A stretch of 63,879 nt of DNA, the filler included, from Octopus bimaculoides (lineage: Eukaryota), in the NCBI RefSeq assembly GCF_001194135.2. It is 5 parts of 5 records of this genome, joined end to end, with 100 filler letters (N's around TTAATTAATTAA, not from the genome) between each part and the next. Parts side by side here need not be neighbours in the genome. Positions count along the whole stretch, not along the records: positions 1 to 16,049 come from NC_068988.1; positions 16,150 to 30,226 come from NC_069000.1; 3 more parts are not named here. One strand, given 5' to 3'. The position numbers were made by a program, and so were the translations under genes. A model generated the notes under the pieces. It made no database searches. It saw only the letters and a program-made list of their open reading frames with translations, and had not been told where the DNA came from. Within the stretch, counting starts at the first letter, position 1; each line of letters begins with the position of its first letter. Of the stretch, positions 12,402 to 24,630 are shown one piece after another.

Positions 12402-12814
12402 TCATTGTTTTTGTAAAGCATTTTTATGGCAAAAGCATGGTGTTGATCGATGATAACTGAATTGATGATAACTGAATTGCAAGGTTGTTTTTGCATGAAG
12501 CTCACAGTTCTGCAGTGCTGACAAATGTACTGTACTACATGGTTGCCACTATGCATTTCAAAAGTTGCTGTTTTATTTGTTTAATATCTGTCAATCAGTT
12601 TCTTTTTAGTTGGATTTAAATTTTTCCTATTTTTGTTGAGTTTTTCAAAAGTTCCCACTTTTTTGGGTTTGCTCTGTATTTCAGGTTGTATAAGAGAGCT
12701 ACAATGAACAATAGGTAAGGAACTGATCTTGTTGACCAGTTGATCATGCATTCAAATACACTGAAGCTGTTTCATCATATTTCTGGGTTGAAAAACCACC
12801 TTATCTAACTTTAA

Positions 12815-13070
12815 ACGAGTTGTGGGATATCAACCAGTTGTCAGACAACAGCTAGCTGTGAAACAACAGTTAGTTATGAGATACCAGCTATTTGTGTGAC
12901 AGAAGCTTGATGTAAAACATCAACCAAGTATGACATAGCCAGATGTAAGATATCAGTGAATTAAGTGACATGTGACAGCTGTAAGATATGAGCCAAGCGT
13001 GATACATAAGCCACTTGAGAGACATCAGTTGTGCACAACAGCAAGAGGTGCGACATCAGCCAGTTGTGGC
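12815..13070. repeat. Degenerate 18-bp minisatellite (about 14 units, consensus near gacatcagccagttgtga)
   Basis: Units such as gatatcaaccagttgtca, gacaacagctagctgtga, aacaacagttagttatga, gataccagctatttgtgt, gacatcagccagttgtgg. Confidence 0.65.
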
Positions 13071-14540
13071 AGAAAAATTTACATCTGATCTCTCTCACTT
13101 TCTCTCACACACACATTACTCTCTTAAAACAAGGAAGACATTCTAGATAAGTAGTTGTATTTATACTTTACTGAATGGTCATGTTTTTGGGGTCTTTAAT
13201 GATATGCTTGGTGAAGGGGAAAAATCAATAATGAAATCTAGTTGAGAAGAGAAACAAAGCTTTCTGGAGTTGGTGAGTTACCAGTCTTACACTAGCTTCC
13301 TATCCTGCGGGAGAAGTATTTCTAATCCACTTAAACAGATATTTATCATGCTTACATTTTTCTTGTATTTTTATAAAATTAAACATTGACAAGGACTTTG
13401 AGTGAGTCTGGGGACAATCTCATAGATGTGACCCACAGTTGGATATGTGGCAATAACATGTTATATCAAAACATGAATTATAACAACTAATATAAAATGA
13501 TAGAAACCCTAATCTGAGTCAGTAAAGATAGCAACATCTCCACCAACAGGACACCTCGTGAGTATCTATCTATTGCTGGCTGCTACTTTATTATTGTCAT
13601 TCTTTCATCCTAACTGCTACCTTAAGAAGTCATTCACCATCTGGTCTTCTAGTATTTATATCAAAGCTGGTGCTATGGAATGTTTAATTAATTAAAACAC
13701 AGCTGCAATGTACCAAAGAAAAGTAAGGGAGACAACTGAGAAATTTAACTTCAAGAAAGACAAGTCTCCCTTATTTTCTTGAGCAGAAATAACCATCACC
13801 CTTTCCACAGATATATAATGTTAGTTTATTAATATTTCTTGGTTCACTACATTAAATATGTCAAGAACCTCTTAACTGCTAATATTTCATACAGTAGGTG
13901 CATCTGAGTAATTTTTTTTCAGCCATATTCTGAGAATATTTTATTTCTAGTATTCCTAAGAGTAAGTGTAAGCATTCTGAACATAATTATTATGTCATTA
14001 GTGGTGAAGAAGCTTTATACTATCAACGATCAAAGAAAAACAAAGCAGCCAAATAGAACACAATTACCTTTAATTAGAGTAAACAAATTTCAACATGATT
14101 TATTTGTTTCGACATATAATTGGTAAGGTCATTTACAGGTATCAATTAGTTGGAAGAAAAATCAACATTGTAACATAGTCACTGAAACACTAATTAAAGA
14201 CAGAGAATATTGGTTTTGTGATGAGCCATAGGTTTATAGCAGAATTTTATGAGAAAATAAATAAGAAAATAATGAGAGTTTGAATAGTTTCTGTCATATA
14301 ATACATTTAGAATGATAGCTTTTCTGAACAAGCAGTGGTGTCTCTCAGTGAGAAATTTTGTTTTTCTACGACACACACACACACACACACAAGATATTAT
14401 AATGAAATAATTACTGTGAAGCATTGTGTAGAATGTATTGTATAAAAGATCGTGGGTAAATGCGAAGTAAATGCAAGGTAAATCACAAGTAAACAAATAT
14501 GTAAATTAATGTAGACTTACAAATTAATGTAGACTTACAT

Positions 14541-14702
14541 AGGCGTAGGAATGGCTGTGTGGTAAGTAGCTTGCTAACCAACCACATGGTTCCGGGTTCA
14601 GTCCCACTGCGTAGCATCTTGGGCAAGTGTCTTCTACTATAGCCTCGAGCCGACCAAAGCCTTGTGAGTGGATTTGGTAGATGGAAACTGAAAGAAGCCC
14701 AT
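14541..14702 (+). mobile_element. SINE family 1, 5' part (runs into a gap)
   Basis: aggcgtaggaatggctgtgtggtaagtagc...gaaagaagccc. Confidence 0.8.
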
Positions 14703-15390
14703 CATATATATATATATANNNNNNNNNNNNNNNNNNNNNNNNNNNNNNNNNNNNNNNNNNNNNNNNNNNNNNNNNNNNNNNNNNNNNNNNNNNNNNNNNN
14801 NNNNNNNNNNNNNNNNNNNNNNNNNNNNNNNNNNNNNNNNNNNNNNNNNNNNNNNNNNNNNNNNNNNNNNNNNNNNNNNNNNNNNNNNNNNNNNNNNNNN
14901 NNNNNNNNNNNNNNNNNNNNNNNNNNNNNNNNNNNNNNNNNNNNNNNNNNNNNNNNNNNNNNNNNNNNNNNNNNNNNNNNNNNNNNNNNNNNNNNNNNNN
15001 NNNNNNNNNNNNNNNNNNNNNNNNNNNNNNNNNNNNNNNNNNNNNNNNNNNNNNNNNNNNNNNNNNNNNNNNNNNNNNNNNNNNNNNNNNNNNNNNNNNN
15101 NNNNNNNNNNNNNNNNNNNNNNNNNNNNNNNNNNNNNNNNNNNNNNNNNNNNNNNNNNNNNNNNNNNNNNNNNNNNNNNNNNNNNNNNNNNNNNNNNNNN
15201 NNNNNNNNNNNNNNNNNNNNNNNNNNNNNNNNNNNNNNNNNNNNNNNNNNNNNNNNNNNNNNNNNNNNNNNNNNNNNNNNNNNNNNNNNNNNNNNNNNNN
15301 NNNNNNNNNNNNNNNNNNNNNNNNNNNNNNNNNNNNNNNNNNNNNNNNNNNNNNNNNNNNNNNNNNNNNNNNNNNNNNNNNNNNNNNNNN

Positions 15391-15452
<62 letters not shown>

Positions 15453-15988
15453 GATCTTATCTTTTATTATATATATATGTTTCAGACACACATATATACA
15501 CACATATATATGCACATATATATACACATATATATACATATATATATACTTGTTTCAGTCATTGGAATGTAGCCATGCTGGGGCACTGCTTTGAAGGGCT
15601 TTAGTTGAAGTAATTGACCAAGCACTTATGGTTTACTTCTTTCTTTCTGTCTGAAACTTATTCTAATGGTTCCTTTTCCTAAGCCACTAAGTACCAGGTA
15701 TGTAAACAAACCAATACCAGTTGTCAAGTGGTGGAGGGGTCACAGACACACATGCACATACACACACAAACACACACACACACACACATACACAAACACA
15801 CACACACACATATTGAATAGTTACAAGATTCATTAGAATCTAGGATGGCTGAGTACCATAATTTTGAGTTCATAGTAAGGTAAAACAACCATTGGGTGTC
15901 ATTTGTTGATAGTATACTGAAGGTATGTATGTATGTGTGTGTGCATATATATATGTACATATATATATATACACACACACATATATAC

Positions 15989-16049
<61 letters not shown>

Positions 16050-17244
16050 NNNNNNNNNNNNNNNNNNNNNNNNNNNNNNNNNNNNNNNNNNNNTTAATTA
16101 ATTAANNNNNNNNNNNNNNNNNNNNNNNNNNNNNNNNNNNNNNNNNNNNACGAGAAAGAGATAGAGTAGCGTCGGAGGATATGAGTTACGAAAACTACTT
16201 ACATTTGGAAGACGCTGCGTTCAATCATGTAAAAACAAATAGTAAATGAGTATATGCATATATACGTACAGGTATGTGCATACCGACATCCACCTGTATG
16301 TATAGGTGCATATCTGGGTACAGGACATTGCAAACAAACGTAGACATATAGGTATATGTATATGTATATGTATGTTCGTGCACGGATGTATTTATGTATG
16401 TACAGGATGTATGTATGTATGTTTGTGTTTGTGCCCGTCTCGCATGACAATGGGGTATGGCTTGTTTTCGCTCACGTAACGTAGCGTTTCGGCAAAAGAG
16501 ACTGCTGGAATAAGCACGAGACTTAAAAAAACAAAAACAAGTACAGGGGTCGATCTGTTCAACTTAAAATGTTCAAGTTTGTGCACCAGCATGACCACCG
16601 CCCATTGACTTAAACTAGTAAAAGATAAAAGGCAGACAATTCACAAACAAACAAGCACGCACACGCACACACACGCACACACATACACACACACAAGCAC
16701 TCACACGCAGACACATACTCGCAGACATACACGAAACCTATAATGTAGGGAAATTTACAGTTTACTTCTATTTGAAAGCCTTGCATATGAAGATTGTAAT
16801 GATGTGAAAACATCATATCGTTTCCTTCTCTTTGAGATTGTGTGCTTCCGTGCATGCATTTGTGTGTGCGCAGGTGCGTGTGAGTAAGTGTGTGTGTACG
16901 CGTGAGTGCGTGTGTATGTGCGCGTGCATGGCTCAGTCGCTGTCGAATGGTAGTTAGACGTCCCGTGTTAAGTGTTTTGACATCGGAACTGACATGGGTG
17001 ATGGGGGGTGGATAGGGAGAATCTGGTGGAGGGATTGAACCTGAGGTCAAACGACTCGCGTAAACTTGGAAACTTGAAAAACTTATTATTGCATTCGAAA
17101 TGTAAATGTGTATGTATGTGTGTGTTTTTGTGGTGCACTTTTGGTATGTTTATATAAATGCGTATATGTGGCTGTCAGCGGTGCAATTTTAGTATACTTG
17201 TCTAAATGTGTGTGAATGTAAATTTGTATGTATGTATGTATGTA

Positions 17245-17314
<70 letters not shown>

Positions 17315-17482
17315 TGTTTCTCAATGTGCCAAAGCTCAAGTATGTATGTGATTCGTTCATGTTTCTGCATATGTGTACGTATTAAATTATACAATGAAAA
17401 ATGTTCTATATTAGTATGTGTGTGCGTGTATGTGGTTGTATAAATGATTGCTTGTTTGTGTGCATATAAGATTGTGCAATAA

Positions 17483-17700
17483 GGTGGCTAGTTGGCAGAA
17501 TCGTTATCACACCGGATAAAACGCTTAGCAGTTTTTCTTCCGACTCCTTATATTCTGTGTTAAAAAATACCCCCGAAGTCAACTTTGCTTTTCATTCTTT
17601 CGAGATTGATAAAATAAAGTACCAGTCAAATACTAGGATCAATCGATACATTCGACTTATCTCTTACCTCAGAATTACTTAACTTCTTCCAAAATTAGAA
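17483..17700 (+). mobile_element. tRNA-derived SINE family 2 (diverged)
   Basis: ggtggctagttggcagaatcgtta...gaagtcaactttgcttttcattctttcgagattgataaaataaagtacc, matching copies at 22041-22256 and 60108-61826. Confidence 0.7.
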
Positions 17701-17744
17701 TATCAAAATTGTATAGGGTGGTCATAAAAGTATTGTCATACCCT

Positions 17745-18105
17745 GTTGACACTCCGTCGCTTACGACGACGAGGGTTCCAGTTGATCCGATCAACGGAAC
17801 AGCCTGCTCGTGAAATTAACGTGCAAGTGGCTGAGCACTCCACAGACACGTGTACCCCTAACGTAGTTCTCGGGGATATTCAGCGTGACACAGCGTGACA
17901 AGGCTGACCCTTTGAATTACAGGCACAACAGAAACAGGAAGTGAGAGTGAGAGAAAGTTGTGGTGAAAGAGTACAGCAGGGTTCGCCACTATCCCCTGCT
18001 GGAGCCACGTGGAGCTTTAGGTGTTTTCGCTCGGTCTGGGAATCGAAACCGCGATCCTATGACCGCGAGTCCGCTTCCCGAACCATTGGGCCATTGCGCC
18101 TCCAC
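17745..18105 (-). mobile_element. tRNA-derived SINE family 3
   Basis: Minus strand gtggaggcgcaatggcccaatggtt...gtttcgattccc...cgtcgtaagcgacggagtg. Homologous to 19583, 51078 and 60907. Confidence 0.85.
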
Positions 18106-19582
18106 TATCATCTACCGNNNNNNNNNNNNNNNNNNNNNNNNNNNNNNNNNNNNNNNNNNNNNNNNNNNNNNNNNNNNNNNNNNNNNNNNNNNNNNNNNNN
18201 NNNNNNNNNNNNNNNNNNNNNNNNNNNNNNNNNNNNNNNNNNNNNNNNNNNNNNNNNNNNNNNNNNNNNNNNNNNNNNNNNNNNNNNNNNNNNNNNNNNN
18301 NNNNNNNNNNNNNNNNNNNNNNNNNNNNNNNNNNNNNNNNNNNNNNNNNNNNNNNNNNNNNNNNNNNNNNNNNNNNNNNNNNNNNNNNNNNNNNNNNNNN
18401 NNNNNNNNNNNNNNNNNNNNNNNNNNNNNNNNNNNNNNNNNNNNNNNNNNNNNNNNNNNNNNNNNNNNNNNNNNNNNNNNNNNNNNNNNNNNNNNNNNNN
18501 NNNNNNNNNNNNNNNNNNNNNNNNNNNNNNNNNNNNNNNNNNNNNNNNNNNNNNNNNNNNNNNNNNNNNNNNNNNNNNNNNNNNNNNNNNNNNNNNNNNN
18601 NNNNNNNNNNNNNNNNNNNNNNNNNNNNNNNNNNNNNNNNNNNNNNNNNNNNNNNNNNNNNNNNNNNNNNNNNNNNNNNNNNNNNNNNNNNNNNNNNNNN
18701 NNNNNNNNNNNNNNNNNNNNNNNNNNNNNNNNNNNNNNNNNNNNNNNNNNNNNNNNNNNNNNNNNNNNNNNNNNNNNNNNNNNNNNNNNNNNNNNNNNNN
18801 NNNNNNNNNNNNNNNNNNNNNNNNNNNNNNNNNNNNNNNNNNNNNNNNNNNNNNNNNNNNNNNNNNNNNNNNNNNNNNNNNNNNNNNNNNNNNNNNNNNN
18901 NNNNNNNNNNNNNNNNNNNNNNNNNNNNNNNNNNNNNNNNNNNNNNNNNNNNNNNNNNNNNNNNNNNNNNNNNNNNNNNNNNNNNNNNNNNNNNNNNNNN
19001 NNNNNNNNNNNNNNNNNTATATATATATATATATATATGTATAATATATATATATATATTTGTATGTATCTATGTATATACGTGTATATGCATTCATGTA
19101 TCAAAAGATTTAATAAGATAAATTACACTAACACCCATTGGTCGCGTCGTCATTTTTATCGCTTCTATTGTTGTAGATATTATTATTATTATTATCATTA
19201 TAATCTTTATCCTTGTTACTTTTTAATCTACTCATGTTTCAAGTAACTCTGCAGACGGTTATGATATCGTTGTAGTTTTATAAATACGATCCTGTTTGTC
19301 TCTTGTAAAATTAAAAAAAGAAGACATACTTACTGCCCAGTGGTGAAAATGAAGTTTTTTAAAAGCTAACCTTATAGGATTGCTTTGCTCGTTCAGAAAT
19401 AAATAGAAATTAAGTTGTCAGCAATGCTATCTATGTTCATAATCTCCCCACAAGTGTTCCCTTTAGTTGAAGTGCCAGCAAGCGATTCAAGTACATATAA
19501 TAATAATGCAACTGCAAGGCTGATCACGACAACAGACCGGGTGTATCTAGTGCTGGCGTGTGGCTTACTAATATTTGCCGTG

Positions 19583-19944
19583 GTGGAGGCGCAATGGTCC
19601 AGTGGTTAGGGCAGCGGACTCACGGTCATAGGATCGCGGTTTCGATTCCTAGACCGGGCGTTGTGAGTGTTTATTGAGCGTAAACACCTAAAGCTCCACG
19701 AGGCTCCGGTAGGGGATGGTGGCGAACCCTGCTGTACTCTTTCACCACAACTTTCTCTCACTCTTACTTCCTGTTTCTGTTGTACCTCTAATTCAAAAGG
19801 GTCAGCCTTGTCACACTGTGTCACGCTGAATATCCCCGAGAACTACGTTAAGGGTACACGTGTCTGTGGAGTGCTCAGCTACTTTCACGTTGATTGGATC
19901 GACTGGAACCCTCGACGTCGTAAGCGACGGAGTGCCAACAACAA
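19583..19944 (+). mobile_element. SINE family 3 (internal deletion)
   Basis: gtggaggcgcaatggtccagtggttagggcagcggac...ggagtgccaacaacaaa. Confidence 0.85.
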
Positions 19945-20179
19945 ATATTTGCCGTACGAACTTGTCTGTTCGAAATCTTGCTCTGCGCCTTATACTCTCT
20001 CTCTCTCTCTCTCTCCACTAATCTCAGTAACATACTTTATGTATGCTTATATAGTAGTTGTCTACTCCTTATACAGAGTCTACCACTTCTTCTACTTACA
20101 CCTTAGATCCATCATGGCGTCTGATATGGCTTTTTAAACTAGGCAATGTTTTCAAAAGACACCCACATAAATTACATAT

Positions 20180-20430
20180 CTACTTTGGACCACCAAGAGC
20201 TGCAATTAAGTTCTGATCCTTGTGGATCTTAAAATATCTTTTGAGGCCTCCGTTAGAATTGCGGACCTTATGGCATACATGGTATTGACAGGTATGCAGA
20301 AGTAGAGTAGCTGGTGGAGGTTCATTTTCCATGGGTCCACAAATGTGATCTGAGCCCAGCAAAAGAAAGGCATGGGTCTGTCACAAATTGTGCGCACAAA
20401 AAGGTGGTTGGGATTCATTTTCTCGCTGAT
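20180..20430 (-). pseudogene. Degenerate tandem C2H2 zinc-finger remnant, probably a LINE C-terminus
   Basis: With one frameshift the sequence reads FVRTICDR/PCLSFAGLRSHLWTHGK and then HTCQYHVCHKVRNSNGGLKRYFKIH. Origin from an RTE-type LINE tail rather than a host ZNF is inference. Confidence 0.5.
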
Positions 20431-20516
20431 CGTAGCATTTTTCTTTAAATATCTTTTGAGTTTCACATGGGTAACCCTGGTGATTTAAGGCCTTCGTACC
20501 CAGATTGTCCGATTAT

Positions 20517-21062
20517 ATAACTGTGGCTGTGTGGTAAGAAGCTTGTTTCTCAACCACATGGTTCCAGATTCAGTATCACTGCATGGCACCTTAGGCAAGT
20601 GTCTTTTATTGCAGCTTCGAGGCGATAAAAGCCTTGTGGGTGAATTTGATGAAAGGAAACTGAAAAGAAGCCCTTCATATATTATATATGTGTGTGTCTT
20701 TCTGTCTATCTTTGTTCCTCACCACTGTTTGACAACCGGTGTTAGTGTGTTTACGTCCTTGACTAAACTTCTTCAAAATGACCGCAGTCGAATGACTGAA
20801 ACAAGTAAAAGAAAAGATGAAAAATAAAAGATAGCTATATTTATATATATATTTTTTACTTGTTTTAGTCATTTGACTGCGGTCATGCTGGAGCACCGCC
20901 TTTAAGTGTCTTTTAGTGGAAGAAATCGACTCAGAACTTATTCTTTGTAGGCCTATGCTTATTCTATCGGTCTCTTTTGAAAAAGCGTTAAGTTACAGGG
21001 ACGTAAACACACGAACATCGGTTGTCAAATGATTGTGGGCGACAAACAAGACACAAAGACAC
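20517..21062. mobile_element. Two SINE family 1 fragments in opposite orientation (20517-20830 +, 20853-21062 -)
   Basis: Family 1 head and tail sequences. Confidence 0.75.
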
Positions 21063-21094
21063 ACACACACGTAAATACACACACACGCATATAC

Positions 21095-21125
<31 letters not shown>

Positions 21126-21127
21126 CT

Positions 21128-21175
<48 letters not shown>

Positions 21176-22040
21176 NNNNNNNNNNNNNNNNNNNNNNNNN
21201 NNNNNNNNNNNNNNNNNNNNNNNNNNNNNNNNNNNNNNNNNNNNNNNNNNNNNNNNNNNNNNNNNNNNNNNNNNNNNNNNNNNNNNNNNNNNNNNNNNNN
21301 NNNNNNNNNNNNNNNNNNNNNNNNNNNNNNNNNNNNNNNNNNNNNNNNNNNNNNNNNNNNNNNNNNNNNNNNNNNNNNNNNNNNNNNNNNNNNNNNNNNN
21401 NNNNNNNNNNNNNNNNNNNNNNNNNNNNNNNNNNNNNNNNNNNNNNNNNNNNNNNNNNNNNNNNNNNNNNNNNNNNNNNNNNNNNNNNNNNNNNNNNNNN
21501 NNNNNNNNNNNNNNNNNNNNNNNNNNNNNNNNNNNNNNNNNNNNNNNNNNNNNNNNNNNNNNNNNNNNNNNNNNNNNNNNNNNNNNNNNNNNNNNNNNNN
21601 NNNNNNNNNNNNNNNNNNNNNNNNNNNNNNNNNNNNNNNNNNNNNNNNNNNNNNNNNNNNNNNNNNNNNNNNNNNNNNNNNNNNNNNNNNNNNNNNNNNN
21701 NNNNNNNNNNNNNNNNNNNNNNNNNNNNNNNNNNNNNNNNNNNNNNNNNNNNNNNNNNNNNNNNNNNNNNNNCTTACATGTACAGAATCATACATTTGCG
21801 CCTATATAAAGCACTTCGAGGTATTCTTTTATAACTCTATGATGAAACAATAAATTTGTTTTCATTGACAAAATATACTTCTGAAGTAAGGGTGCGTCTT
21901 ATACGGGAGTGCATCCCTTACGCCGACAAACATGGTTATTATAATATTCTGGCACAAGGAGATCAAATTCAGTAGTTTAGTTATTATTTCTGGTAAAAAC
22001 CTAAAACACCCCGACAAAAAAAAAAAAAAACAGGGAATAT

Positions 22041-22256
22041 AGTTTCAAAATTTCGCACAAGGCCAGCAGTTTCGGGGGAGAGGCTATATCGATTACAAAG
22101 ACCCCAGTGCTAAACTGGTACTTATTTTATCGACCCCGAAAGGATGAACGGTAAAGTCGACCTCGACGGAATTTGAACTTAGAACGTAAAAACGGACGAA
22201 ACACCGCTAAGCATTTTGTCCGGAGTGATAACAATTCAACCAGCTCACCGCCCTTA
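22041..22256 (-). mobile_element. SINE family 2
   Basis: Minus strand gggcggtgagctggttgaattgtta...gttctaagttcaaattccgtcgaggtcgactttacc...ctggccttgtgcgaaattttgaaac. Confidence 0.85.
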
Positions 22257-22613
22257 GGAATTTACATTAATTTCTATGAATTAATTAGAATTTCGTTGCT
22301 CAATAAATTATGTATATCAGTACCGGCTTTACATTTTGTTTTTCGTGCAGCAGGTGTCACTAAGCATTTCTCCATCCTGCGTCATCTTACATTATTACAA
22401 TGGCATTGTATTCGCAGAATGAATTCATTATCATAATAAATACAGTTCATATAGTACACGTTAAGGTTTTCTTCCGCCGTTATCATTTCTATATTCCCAT
22501 CCCGAAACCCATCCCATTTTCGTTATTATTCATTTCCCGATCATTTATTTTATTTATTCATTTATTTATTTATCTATTTAATGATTTATTGATTTATTTA
22601 TTGCTTTTATTAG

Positions 22614-22757
22614 ACTTTCAAGTAGCCATTCCTTGCACTGGACATAAAGATGGTGTGGCTCACCTCAGTCTTGGCCTTCAGGTATTTGACCACACTGGCA
22701 AAGCCATTGAAGGGTCACCGATAAAGTTCAGACTTCGAAAGCATTGCAAAGCTCACG
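22614..22757 (+). CDS. WIF1: Internal coding exon, C-terminal half of a WIF domain; Wnt inhibitory factor 1 / shifted orthologue
   Basis: Acceptor ttgcttttattag|ac, donor cacg|gtaagt, 144 nt, phase 1-1. Translation (D)FQVAIPCTGHKDGVAHLSLGLQVFDHTGKAIEGSPIKFRLRKHCKAH(G) aligns by eye to human WIF1 VQVGFPCLGKQDGVAAFEV...FFKTC and to Drosophila Shifted FLPCSG..SGTASFNVGLKI...KPLSGTPIRLNFKKECAH, better than to Ryk. The other exons were not found (they may be in gaps or outside the window). Confidence 0.85.
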
Positions 22758-24099
22758 GTAAGTCAGGTTAATTATAATAATTAATTTTTTAAATCATAAT
22801 TTCCACCGATAAATATATTATGTTTTACTTACTTTTAGTTTCTGTTTTTTTTTTTTTTTTTTTTTTTTTTTTNNNNNNNNNNNNNNNNNNNNNNNNNNNN
22901 NNNNNNNNNNNNNNNNNNNNNNNNNNNNNNNNNNNNNNNNNNNNNNNNNNNNNNNNNNNNNNNNNNNNNNNNNNNNNNNNNNNNNNNNNNNNNNNNNNNN
23001 NNNNNNNNNNNNNNNNNNNNNNNNNNNNNNNNNNNNNNNNNNNNNNNNNNNNNNNNNNNNNNNNNNNNNNNNNNNNNNNNNNNNNNNNNNNNNNNNNNNN
23101 NNNNNNNNNNNNNNNNNNNNNNNNNNNNNNNNNNNNNNNNNNNNNNNNNNNNNNNNNNNNNNNNNNNNNNNNNNNNNNNNNNNNNNNNNNNNNNNNNNNN
23201 NNNNNNNNNNNNNNNNNNNNNNNNNNNNNNNNNNNNNNNNNNNNNNNNNNNNNNNNNNNNNNNNNNNNNNNNNNNNNNNNNNNNNNNNNNNNNNNNNNNN
23301 NNNNNNNNNNNNNNNNNNNNNNNNNNNNNNNNNNNNNNNNNNNNNNNNNNNNNNNNNNNNNNNNNNNNNNNNNNNNNNNNNNNNNNNNNNNNNNNNNNNN
23401 NNNNNNNNNNNNNNNNNNNNNNNNNNNNNNNNNNNNNNNNNNNNNNNNNNNNNNNNNNNNNNNNNNNNNNNNNNNNNNNNNNNNNNNNNNNNNNNNNNNN
23501 NNNNNNNNNNNNNNNNNNNNNNNNNNNNNNNNNNNNNNNNNNNNNNNNNNNNNNNNNNNNNNNNNNNNNNNNNNNNNNNNNNNNNNNNNNNNNNNNNNNN
23601 NNNNNNNNNNNNNNNNNNNNNNNNNNNNNNNNNNNNNNNNNNNNNNNNNNNNNNNNNNNNNNNNNNNNNNNNNNNNNNNNNNNNNNNNNNNNNNNNNNNN
23701 NNNNNNNNNNNNNNNNNNNNNNNNNNNNNNNNNNNNNNNNNNNNNNNNNNNNNNNNNNNNNNNNNNNNNNNNNNNNNNNNNNNTGCAGTGTTGACAGAAG
23801 AAAAATTTCTGTCGTAACAAGGAATACGTTTCTTTTTTATACAATTTTACTTATGCCGAATGAGTCCTCATTACCCGCAAGAATTTCATTTTTACTCTGC
23901 TTGGGGTAATTTATCCAGGTTCATCGACCCTGACATAAACTTATGTTCTTTTTCCATCTAATTACATTTGTTCTCTCATTTCATCTAGGACTGGATCTTT
24001 CGTTCTAAGGGACCTCTAACTGATCTTTAGTGCTCAGCTGTAGCACTTAGTCACAAACGCCCTCACTCGTTTGGAGACAGCCACTCTTAAGGGCCATGT

Positions 24100-24630
24100 T
24101 TCAAACACACAACGCTACAGACCGGATCGGAATTTGTAGAAGTTTAATGCTTGATGCTTTTGGTGAAAGCACAGCATTTTCACATTCTGTTGATTAGCCT
24201 CTAGACTGATCTTCCTTCATCCAGCCTCGCACTAATTTTCTGGCGCCTTGAACATTGCAACAGAAATCCTTAATCTCCTCGTCTACTTGCTTGTATTTTA
24301 GTAGCGGATCAAACAGGCATAAAATACCCGATAATTAACTGATCTGTAGCAGATCAAGCTGTTTGAGGCGTCCTTGCTGACACATCGGCTCTGTGGAGAT
24401 TCACTATGGACTATACAAATAGCTCGCTCTCTGCAGTGTTGAAGCACCGTATCCCAGCACAATGTGAGCTTGTCACACGAAGGACGCCGATGCAGCATTG
24501 TCTCATTTCCGGGCTAACGCTGTACTGCTTCCACACTTGGTGAAGTGTTCTTCATTTGCGTGCCATACAGGAAGTCCTGCGGGCTGCAGTTTGCCCATGA
24601 CTGGTCTAAGCTATCTCCTTCTTTTCTTTG
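24100..24630 (-). mobile_element. Possible decayed DNA transposon: pogo/Tigger-like HTH remnant with an hAT-like terminal motif
   Basis: KYKQVDEEIKDFCCNVQGARKLV and LNFYKFRSGL resemble a CENP-B HTH. ccagtcatgggcaaactgcagcccgcagg near 24600 resembles hAT TIRs. The region is heavily degraded. Confidence 0.3.

Larger units (their letters stand above)
9262..12678 (-). mobile_element. Full-length but disrupted Tc1/mariner of the rosa (DD41D)-like type with about 90-bp TIRs; hosts 3 nested insertions
   Basis: TIRs 9262-9350 and 12587-12678 are imperfect reverse complements with TA ends. Transposase pieces DQHHAFAIKMLYKNND|SLEG, FEETGS|VLKKRLRGQPRS, WMSDEAHFYLTGYVKKQN, LQL|HDGATLHT rejoin when the insertions are removed. 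Confidence 0.85.

Noticed and set aside
14541-14620. tRNA genes at SINE heads
   Set aside because: The A/B-box-like heads continue into SINE bodies and do not close a cloverleaf.
16094-16105. TTAATTAATTAA islands inside N runs (also 30271, 56026, 62587)
   Set aside because: Identical six-frame-stop linker embedded in gaps; an assembly or scaffolding artefact, not biology.
19415-19609. ORF with a TM-like stretch (VYLVLACGLLIFAVV) suggesting Ryk
   Set aside because: It lies upstream of the WIF exon and runs into a SINE; the WIF exon itself is shifted/WIF1-like.
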